Assembly: GCA_016716305.1 (NCBI GenBank) | Contig: JADJWP010000001.1 | Span: 350,391 to 414,390 of the forward strand | Length of the DNA stretch: 64,000 nt | Source: Chloracidobacterium sp. | GTDB lineage: Bacteria > Acidobacteriota > Blastocatellia > Pyrinomonadales > Pyrinomonadaceae | Reading direction: 5' to 3' | Made by a program: the position numbers and the translations under genes | The notes under the pieces: model-generated | The model's database searches: none | Told to the model about the DNA's origin: nothing | What the model saw: only the letters and a program-made list of their open reading frames with translations | In this document: piece by piece, positions 56,736-64,000 of the stretch | Numbering within the stretch: position 1 is the first letter of the stretch | Layout: each line of letters begins with the position of its first letter

Positions 56736-56888
56736 ATGAAACAAGCGAGCCATAGATCGGTGCACGCTCCGGAAATTGAATTTTGCACAGGTGTTTTGTC
56801 CGCCGCCATTGTTGGAACCGTCATGACCCTATTTTCGAGTATCTGTAGCGTGATCGGAACTGCAGTTTGCACGATATGCACGGTTTGA
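56736..56888 (+). CDS. possible 50-aa Cys/Ser/Thr-rich hydrophobic peptide
   Basis: 'MKQASHRSVHAPEIEFCTGVLSAAIVGTVMTLFSSICSVIGTAVCTICTV'. No clear SD sequence and no neighbouring modification enzymes. Confidence 0.25.
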   Translation: MKQASHRSVHAPEIEFCTGVLSAAIVGTVMTLFSSICSVIGTAVCTICTV

Positions 56889-56948
56889 CACAGAAAGAAA
56901 GCAGAAGGAAAAGCGCTCGATCCGGCAAAACTGCGATATTCTGCTTAA

Positions 56949-57318
56949 GTCCCAGAAACCGGCGAAACAACCGTCTTCGCGTATGATGCTTCAAACAGGC
57001 GGGTTGCCGAGTATTCAACCATCGTCGAACCGGCCGCAACCGCCAAAACCAGCTATTTGACAACCGATCATCTTGGGGCCGCGGGTGGTGACGGACGAGG
57101 ACGGGCGGGTGACGAGCCGGCGGGACTACACTGCCTTTGGCGAGGAGAGCGTTACGCCGGAGCGGGCGGCGGGGCTTGGCTATGCGGGCCAGAGCGAGAC
57201 GCGGAAGGGCTACACCGGCTACGAGAAGGATAATGAAAGCGGACTCGAATTCGCCCAGGCGAGGTACTACAACGCGACCCACGGCCAATTGAGCCGATTC
57301 CGGTTCGGAGGACACTGA
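56949..57318 (+). pseudogene. RHS/YD-repeat protein fragment (end of the conserved core), frame-broken and truncated
   Basis: Hand translation gives 'TVFAYDASNRRVAEYSTIVEPAATAKTSYLTTDHLG', then a shift to 'PRVVTDEDGRVTSRRDYTAFGEE...YTGYEKDNESGLEFAQARYYNATHG'. This is a typical RHS core terminus with no N-terminal body upstream. Confidence 0.65.
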
Positions 57319-57361
57319 TTTGGCAACGATCTGTGGGCGTCGTGAGGAGGTAGCAATACAC

Positions 57362-58180
57362 ATGAGTCGGTATCTCAACAAAACGTTAGCTCTGGCAGCT
57401 CTCTGTATTACCCTGGGAATAACGAATTCGCTGGGGCAAAGTAAATTAACAAACAGGAATAATCGAGAACTATCAACGGTTTTTTCGGATCTGGCGAACT
57501 TTCATTCGGCAACCTATGAGCAATCGTTGCGCGCACTTTTTTCGTTGCCGCCGAGTCAATTCGACAGTGTGTTGAATGCGGTGACGAGCTCGAACCTCGA
57601 CGAATCCGATGGGGCTCAGCGTTTAATTAGATATCTCGGCGACCGTGAACTTCTGAGTAAACTAGTCGAAAATTGCAAAACGCGCTGCTTGCTTTCTGGC
57701 CCGGTGCCAATTCCGCTTCATCCGCTAGACTATCGTGAAATCGAGTATCTGACGAGAGCAGGCGACGTCTGTAAATGGGGTGAATTCGATATGAGATACG
57801 TATTTGCTCTTTTTCTCGACACCACACAGCCAGCTCTAGAGTTGCGGAGGCGAGTAGAAAACGGCTCCCGCCAATGTGCATCAAACGCGATATTGACATC
57901 AACGATCCGAACAATTCACGACACAAAAGGACTTGAAACCGCGTTTACTTTACAGAATTCAGTTGAAGCAGTCCGATCCGAGCTGTTTTTCTTAACCGAA
58001 GTCGAAAGGGAACGTGCGAAGATTCAATTTCTAGGTTTCAATTTCCAAAAGAATCGCGCGCTGTTCGAAGTTCTAGTAAACAACGGAATTCTCGCAAGTC
58101 GTTACGTCCATGTTGTTTTTCACAAGGTCGATTCGAAGAATTGGCAATTCTATTCGATCACCGTGGTGAACCAGTCGTAA
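57362..58180 (+). CDS. hypothetical secreted protein/lipoprotein in low-GC DNA (immunity-like position after the RHS core fragment)
   Basis: GAGGAGG lies 8 nt upstream of the ATG at 57362. Signal peptide 'MSRYLNKTLALAALCITLGITNSLGQ'. Visibly AT-richer than its flanks. Confidence 0.5.
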   Translation: MSRYLNKTLALAALCITLGITNSLGQSKLTNRNNRELSTVFSDLANFHSATYEQSLRALFSLPPSQFDSVLNAVTSSNLDESDGAQRLIRYLGDRELLSKLVENCKTRCLLSGPVPIPLHPLDYREIEYLTRAGDVCKWGEFDMRYVFALFLDTTQPALELRRRVENGSRQCASNAILTSTIRTIHDTKGLETAFTLQNSVEAVRSELFFLTEVERERAKIQFLGFNFQKNRALFEVLVNNGILASRYVHVVFHKVDSKNWQFYSITVVNQS

Positions 58181-58183
58181 TGA

Positions 58184-58336
58184 GCACCTGATCCTCTTTT
58201 GAATTGCCGCAAAACAGCGAACCAAGGCTACTGGAACTATGCCGGCAGCTTCACCGAAAACGCGGCGGTGCGGTTTTCGGCGACGAAGCTCGGGAACGGA
58301 AAAATGAGAAAACAAAACTACCGTGAAAGTAATTGA
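58184..58336 (+). pseudogene. short RHS-family fragment
   Basis: 'ANQGYWNYAGSFTENAAVRFSATKLGNGK' parallels 'AGLWNYAKNFTYNAAGAVTSMQLGNGR' at about 58930-59010. Confidence 0.4.
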
Positions 58337-58368
58337 GGAGGAATAAGCGGGTCGTTTGGGAGGTTGAC

Positions 58369-58623
58369 GTGAAATTAGCATTTAAGTTAATCTTCGGCTT
58401 AATTTACACCGTTGTGTACGTTGTTCTCGCAGTTGATAGTACAGGTGGCGGACATGGAGCTTTTATTTTTTTTGCACCACTTTTCACCTGGCCCTTGATT
58501 CTGATGGCCCTCGGGCTTACCACCAGAGTCAATAACTCGATAGTGCGCATATTGGTACCAATGCTGCTAATCGTTTCATACATCAGTATTAACAATGTTT
58601 CTGGACGAGTGCATTCACGGTGA
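58369..58623 (+). CDS. small multi-TM hypothetical protein (low GC)
   Basis: GTG start 6 nt after GGGAGG. 'VKLAFKLIFGLIYTVVYVVLAV...IFFAPLFTWPLILMALGL...ILVPMLLIVSYI'. A further 35-aa TM ORF (58649-58756, 'MSPYFVILILGWYFAGQLIIWATYILELRRQNRLD') follows. Confidence 0.4.
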   Translation: MKLAFKLIFGLIYTVVYVVLAVDSTGGGHGAFIFFAPLFTWPLILMALGLTTRVNNSIVRILVPMLLIVSYISINNVSGRVHSR

Positions 58624-58799
58624 TGGTTCGGTCCAACGCCGTTGGGAAATGTCGCCTTATTTCGTAATACTAATTCTTGGCTGGTACTTCGCGGGTCAGT
58701 TAATTATTTGGGCGACGTACATTCTCGAGTTGCGGCGGCAAAACCGGTTAGATTGAATTTTACATTCCAAAGATGGGCCAAGGAGCAGTCTCTTACACA

Positions 58800-59306
58800 A
58801 CTTCGCCCGAGCATTGGTCGAGCAGACCTATCCCTCAGGCCGGAAGTTGAAGAACGTGCTCGACGCGAGCGGTGATCTCTCGATGGTTCAGAGTCCGGTG
58901 CATGGACGCCGCGGCAGGCGCGGACGCCGACTGCGCCGCACAGGCCGGCCTCTGGAACTACGCAAAGAATTTCACCTACAACGCGGCTGGTGCTGTGACG
59001 AGCATGCAACTGGGCAATGGAAGATGGGAATCTACGCAATTTAATTCAAGATTGCAGCCCACGCAGATCGCACTCGGTGTAACGCAGGGAGCGACGAACT
59101 TGCTCGATCTGGATTATTCGTACGGCACGACGGCGAATAACGGGAATTTGTTGTCGCAGACGATCACGGTTCCGACGGTGGGAACAAATACAGGCTTTTC
59201 GGCGGTGCAGACGTACAATTACGACAGCCTGAATCGGTTGAAGGACGCGACCGAGATGCTGACGCCGCACGGTGGCTCCGCAACACAATCGTGGAAGCAG
59301 ACGTGA
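58800..59306 (+). pseudogene. RHS/YD-repeat protein fragment (internal repeats), frame-broken
   Basis: 'VEQTYPSGRKLKNVLDASGDLSMVQS', then a shift to 'AGLWNYAKNFTYNAAGAVTSMQLGNGRWESTQFNSRLQP...LLDLDYSYG...VQTYNYDSLNRLKDATE'. Confidence 0.6.
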
Positions 59307-59325
59307 CACCGTTTAATATTGTTCT

Positions 59326-61543
59326 TCAGGGTTCACTTATTCCCTTGCAGATTTCCGCGGATGTCTTTGCCGCACACACGATCTTTTTCAACTCGGTGAG
59401 TTGCTCTCGAAGACTGTCGATCTCCGCTTGCTGCTGCTTCACCGCATTCACGAGGACCGTAGTGATCTGTTTGTACTTGACTCCTTCGATCTCGCCTTTC
59501 GCGTTTTGAGTCGCAAGAGCGAGAACCGACAGTTGCAACCTCCTCCGCAGCAAAGCCTATGTCAAGAAGCCCGCCGCTATTCCACTGGAATGCGATAGGC
59601 CTCAGGCGGCGCACGACCTCAAGACCACGGTCATAAGGTTCGACATTTGATTTGTAACGCAGGCTGGACGGCACGAGGGCAGATTGAAAGTTGCGGCGTT
59701 CTGACAAACATCTATCGAACCACCCGACGGTGACAGCGTCGCACGCAGAAAGCCATAGACGACGACATCATCACCAAGTGAGCCGCTGGGATTCGCGAAG
59801 TTGCGTCCGAGGACTATCGTGTTGCTCGTGCTGACAACCGCCTCTGCGCCGATCGCCGTTGCATGGCTTACTATCCCCGACGTATTGGCGTTCCATCCGA
59901 TCACAGTGTTGGCGTCACCGACCGTATTCGCCTTTCCGGCCTGATAGCCGTAGAACGTATTCGCATTTCCGGTAGTGGTCATCTGGCCAGCTTCATAGCC
60001 GGCGTAAGTGTTGTATAGACCGTCGGTATTCCCGTATCCGGCCTGATATCCGAGAAACGTGTTGTTACTGCCAACCGTATTGCTTGCTCCAGACCCCGTG
60101 CCAAAGAATGAATTTGTCGAGCCGGTCGTATTCGACACGCCTGCCGCATACCCAAAGAAGGAGTTGTTGAGCCCTGGTCGTGTTTACTCGGCCCGCTACT
60201 TTTCCGAAAAAGGCATTCTGGCTCCCGGTCGTATTTGTAAGACCTGCGAAGTATCCGAAAAACGAATTGTTGATCCCGCTGTTTGAGGCTCCGGCCTCGT
60301 AGCCAAAGAATGAATTATCGCTGCCGGTGTTGTTCCTTCCGGCGAGGGCGCCAAAGAACGAATTGTGTTCTCCTAAGGTGTTGGACGATCCCGCCCGAAA
60401 ACCGAAGTAGGAATTTGACGAGCCGTTCGTGTTCAAATCTCCCGCAGCATATCCAAAGAACGAATTTCGATCTCCCTGCCAGTTGGCTTTGCCGGCTTCG
60501 CTTCCGAAAAACGCGTTCTCGTCGCCAGTATTCGCCTCGCCCGCGAGATAGCCGAAAAAAGAGTTACCGGACGCGTTTGAATTTGTCGCGCCCGCGCGAT
60601 AACCGAAAAAGGAATTGTTTGAGGTCGTGCTGTTCTCGCCTGCTCCGCTGCCGAAGAACGAGTTGAACGCGCCGGCCAAATTCAATAATCCGCTATGCCG
60701 TCCGAAATACGAATTGTGACTTCCGGTCGTGTTGATATCACCGGCCCGCATTCCGAAGAACGAATTGTTCGAGCCCGTCGTATTCACGCGGCCGGCAGAC
60801 GAGCCGAAAAATGAATTTGCCGCCCCCAAGCTGTTCGCATTGCCGGTGTTCGTTCCAAAGTAGGAGTTATCAACTCCGCCCGGGCCACCTGCGTTCAATC
60901 CGACGAACAGCGTGTTCGATCCCGGCCCGATCCCAATGAGGCGGAAGCCGCCGTAGTTGAATTGCGCCGCCGAGACGATATTCGCCGACATGTTTCCGGT
61001 GATGCTGAAGTTTGCGTTCTGAATGAACGCGGAGTTCTGAATGTAGTTTGTGCTGCCGGCAAGGGGTGTACGCGCGTTGCTCATCCTCGGATCGTTTGTC
61101 AGAACGAATTGATCTGCGGCGATGCCGCCGAGTTGGAAGGCGTTTTCCGCGATCGCGCTTTTTATCGAATATGGGGCTGAATTTACTTGTACGCGAGGAG
61201 ACAATGCTTGAAAAGTGCCGGTCCCGGCGGGACGCAGAGAAATTTCGAGCCATCGATTCGAGCCGGGAAACTGTGCACCGAAGTCGAGTCGGAGTGCGAA
61301 TATTCCGTTTGTTACGGCTATGTTCGGGCGAGACAAGCTCGCGATAGGCGTACCGCCCGTCTCGACCGAATACAAACTGACGATGAAATCATAGCTGCCC
61401 GTTGCCGGCGTCATACCATCATTCAATTTGCCCTGATATGTGAACTCGGTCGTTTGCGCCCCCGCGGCAAGGGCCGAAAACAAAAGAATTGCAAGACAAA
61501 GCGGACCGATCGCGTTAGTAGGCGACACTCGATTACTGTTCAT
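59326..61543 (-). pseudogene. second tail-fibre-like repeat protein with an S74 chaperone C-terminus, interrupted by three frame breaks
   Basis: ORF 60065..61543 carries the signal peptide, 'EFTYQGKLNDG' head and NSFFG repeats. ORF 59602..60138 carries more repeats. 59333..59707 gives 'SSLRYKSNVEPYDRGLEVVRRLRPIAFQWNSGGLLDIGFAAEEVATV'. 59326..59553 gives 'QNAKGEIEGVKYKQITTVLVNAVKQQQAEIDSLREQL'. Breaks lie at about 60175, 59670 and 59526. Confidence 0.8.
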
Positions 61544-61828
61544 TATCTTTTACTTCTCCTTTGGAAGAGATCTTTTCGATCTGAAAGTGAGACGGACTGT
61601 CGAGGACCTTATTGATCGATCCATCGGTTGCAGTCGCCGGCTCCTCGATCGGTTCATTGCGTTCTGCACGATAGGTTCGACGATGGATCACAGTTCTTGT
61701 CCAAAGCTCGACCCGTATAGTGATGCGATTGGTCATCCGCAAAATGTTTGATTTAGTCGGATCGTTTGTTAAAATCCGGCTATCCAGTTTATTCCCGCCG
61801 TGATTTCGTATTTTTACCGGCGGCTGTC

Positions 61829-61870
61829 GAAAAATCCTGAATTTTGCGCGGAATTTTTCCGAAAAATTCC
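61829..61870. promoter_or_regulatory. candidate operator: GAAAAATCCTG plus the 10-bp inverted repeat GGAATTTTTC-C-GAAAAATTCC upstream of the regulator gene
   Basis: Read directly. The 11-mer 61829-61839 is identical to the reverse complement of 2872-2882. The inverted repeat spans 61850-61870. TTCCGAAAA is shared with the 2837-2864 repeats when read in regulator orientation. Confidence 0.35.
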
Positions 61871-61880
61871 AAATAACGCG

Positions 61881-64000
61881 ATGACATCTGCGGCGAGAGA
61901 GTATTACTTCTTCGACGAATTTCGGCTCGACCTTCCGAAGCGGAGGCTGGAGCGTGACGGCGAGGCAATACCGCTCAAGCCAAAGGCCTTCGACCTGTTA
62001 TTGGTCCTTGTAGAAAACTCCGGACAATTGATGTCGAAGGATGATCTGTTTCAGCTTGTCTGGAGTGACCGGATCGTCGAGGAATCAAATCTCTCTGTCC
62101 ATATGGCGCAGATCCGGAAGGCTCTCGGTGAATCGGCGAAGCGGCCTCGGTATATATTGACGGTGTCGGGTGAGGGCTACAGATTCGTCGGGAACGTTCA
62201 TACGAACGCTGACCCCGAATGTGAAGAGATATTTGAGCAACAGACCTTTGCAAGCATCGTCCTGGAATCCGACGTCGTTGATGAGCGTCCCGTTCAGACC
62301 GAAAACAATCGTCGTTGGGCAAATGGGCGACCACTTATCGTCGTATTTGGGTTGCTTGTCATATTTCTCCTCACGATTTTCGGCGGCTTTCTCATGCAGG
62401 ATCGCTTTGCTGCCAAGACACAGATCCCGTTCCAGCGCTTCAGCATCAAGCGGCTGACGAATAATGGAAAAGTGACGTATGCATCCCTATCACCGGACGG
62501 AAAATTGTTTGCCTATTCAAAAGAACACAGAGACGGTCGCGCCAGCCTATGGCTCGGGCACGTCAACGGAACGAGTGAAGTACAGCTCCGCGAACCGGCC
62601 GAGGTCACTTACGCGTTCATCAAATTCGCCCCGGACGGTAGTACCTTGTATTATGTCGCGATCGACCTAAACCGTGCTTCAGCGCTTTTCAAAATGCCAG
62701 TGCTGGGCGGAAAGGCAGATAAGATCAAGGACGAGATCAATTTCATCTCGTTCGCGCCGTCGGGCGAAGAATTTGTTTTCGTTCGAAACGAAGCCGACAG
62801 GTCGACATTGAAGATAGCCGACTTGAGGGGAAACGAACGCGAATTGATCTCGCGCCCTCGAAGTCTTGAATTCAACGCCCGAACTCCGGCGTGGTCGCCC
62901 GACGGAAAGATGATCGCTGTCGCCGCTTTCGCTAAAGAGAACGCCGAAACGCAGGAAATCCTTATCGTCACGGTCGACGACGGGTCGATATCACGACTGA
63001 CCGGTCTCGGGTGGCAACTCTACAGGTCGCTCGTCTGGCGAAATGACGCCAACGGGCTGATCGCGGTCGGATCCGAAAGAAGCCTGACCGTTAGTTCCCG
63101 GCTTTGGCACATCAGCTACCCGACGGGCGAAGCAAGACCGATCTTAAGCGATCTCAACGCTTACGGTCAGCTTCTCGACTTATCAGCCGACGACACGTCG
63201 CTGCTTGCCGTGCAAGCGCAACATCAATCGAACGTCTGGATCGCACCGGCGGACGATCTAGCCGCGGCGGAACAGATCACGTTCGACTCGCTTGGCACGA
63301 CAAACGGTTGGTACGGAGTAGATTGGCTACCTGGAAGACGGCTCGTATACACGTCATTTGTGGACGGCAACATAAGTCTATGGACAATGGCAGCCGACGG
63401 TTCCGGACCAGTTCAGCTCACCTCGGGGGCGAACGACTTTCACATAAGTTCGTCCGAAGTCTGCGGGTGCGTCGTCTTCGAATCGGATCGGGGTGCGAGC
63501 AAACAGATCTGGAGCGTTAACTTCGACGGAAGCGATCTTCGTCAGGTCACGAACTCCGGTAAGAACGTACAGCCTCATATATCACCTGATGGACAGTGGA
63601 TCACATTCGCATCTACACGGGGCGATAGTCACGGACTCTGGATGATCTCAACCACACGCGGCGAAGAGATCCTTGTGCTGGATAAATCGGTTGCATTCCC
63701 ACGCTGGTCGCCCGACGGGAGGTCCATTGCTTTCCATTCAACGCGCAAGGGTGCCATAACGATCGCCGTTGTTCCGATCGATGGAGCCGGGCCTTTGCGT
63801 GAGTACCCGACGCCGCGGCTTGCGAATCTGAATTTAGGCGTTCGATGGACACCAGACGGCAAAGCGATAACCTATCGAGACTGGGCGAACGGTATATGGC
63901 GTCAGGATATTGCGGGCGGCGAACCGCAGCGACTCGCCGGTTTGCCGGAAGAGAAGGTCTACGCATACGCGTGGTCGCTAAGCGGCCACGAGATCGCATT
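61881..64000 (+). CDS. membrane-anchored winged-helix (OmpR/CadC-type) regulator with a TolB-like beta-propeller; 3' end runs off the window
   Basis: Hand translation from the ATG at 61881 gives 'MTSAAREYYFFDEFRLDLPKRRLERDGEAIPLKPKAFDLLLVLVENSGQLMSKDDLFQLVWSDRIVEESNLSVHMAQIRKALG...GEGYRF'. TM segment 'LIVVFGLLVIFLLTIFGGFL', then 'SPDG' PD40-like repeats. It is absent from the ORF track, apparently because no stop occurs before nt 64000. Confidence 0.8.
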   Translation, partial: MTSAAREYYFFDEFRLDLPKRRLERDGEAIPLKPKAFDLLLVLVENSGQLMSKDDLFQLVWSDRIVEESNLSVHMAQIRKALGESAKRPRYILTVSGEGYRFVGNVHTNADPECEEIFEQQTFASIVLESDVVDERPVQTENNRRWANGRPLIVVFGLLVIFLLTIFGGFLMQDRFAAKTQIPFQRFSIKRLTNNGKVTYASLSPDGKLFAYSKEHRDGRASLWLGHVNGTSEVQLREPAEVTYAFIKFAPDGSTLYYVAIDLNRASALFKMPVLGGKADKIKDEINFISFAPSGEEFVFVRNEADRSTLKIADLRGNERELISRPRSLEFNARTPAWSPDGKMIAVAAFAKENAETQEILIVTVDDGSISRLTGLGWQLYRSLVWRNDANGLIAVGSERSLTVSSRLWHISYPTGEARPILSDLNAYGQLLDLSADDTSLLAVQAQHQSNVWIAPADDLAAAEQITFDSLGTTNGWYGVDWLPGRRLVYTSFVDGNISLWTMAADGSGPVQLTSGANDFHISSSEVCGCVVFESDRGASKQIWSVNFDGSDLRQVTNSGKNVQPHISPDGQWITFASTRGDSHGLWMISTTRGEEILVLDKSVAFPRWSPDGRSIAFHSTRKGAITIAVVPIDGAGPLREYPTPRLANLNLGVRWTPDGKAITYRDWANGIWRQDIAGGEPQRLAGLPEEKVYAYAWSLSGHEIA

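Overview
This 64-kb chromosomal window most likely comes from an Acidobacteriota-like soil bacterium. That placement is an inference from gene content: many winged-helix/TolB-propeller regulators, CarboxypepD_reg-type secreted proteins, and Tat/Sec-secreted hydrolases. I support about 60 protein genes, two tRNA-Ser genes and a small SRP RNA.

Housekeeping backbone: erpA-like, accC, greA, pfkA, an S41 Ctp protease, pdxJ, uvrA, gpmA, folC, accD, suhB-like, tadA, aqpZ, dnaX, ruvA and ruvB.

Accessory content:
1. At both ends of the window, a membrane-bound winged-helix/TolB-propeller regulator sits divergent from a 'tail-fibre-like' repeat protein with a peptidase-S74 intramolecular-chaperone C-terminus. 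The left copy is intact and the right copy is frame-broken. The two regulator upstream regions share a motif.
2. A secretome island at 7.9-17.3 kb encodes four proteins that end in the same C-terminal CarboxypepD_reg-like module.
3. A compact bacterial microcompartment (BMC) locus at 48.4-52.3 kb is the best candidate for an undescribed system. It has 1 BMC-H, 3 BMC-P, an embedded DoxX membrane protein, a class II aldolase with a C-terminal extension, a small Cys-motif protein and Rex. No aldehyde dehydrogenase or PduL is present anywhere in the window.
4. An RHS/YD-repeat fragment graveyard with low-GC small ORFs lies at 56.9-59.3 kb.

Between about 47.9 and 60.2 kb at least a dozen frame breaks occur, several in ruvA/ruvB and most at short homopolymer runs. 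They look more like assembly errors than biology. I saw no CRISPR array, transposase, integrase or rRNA.
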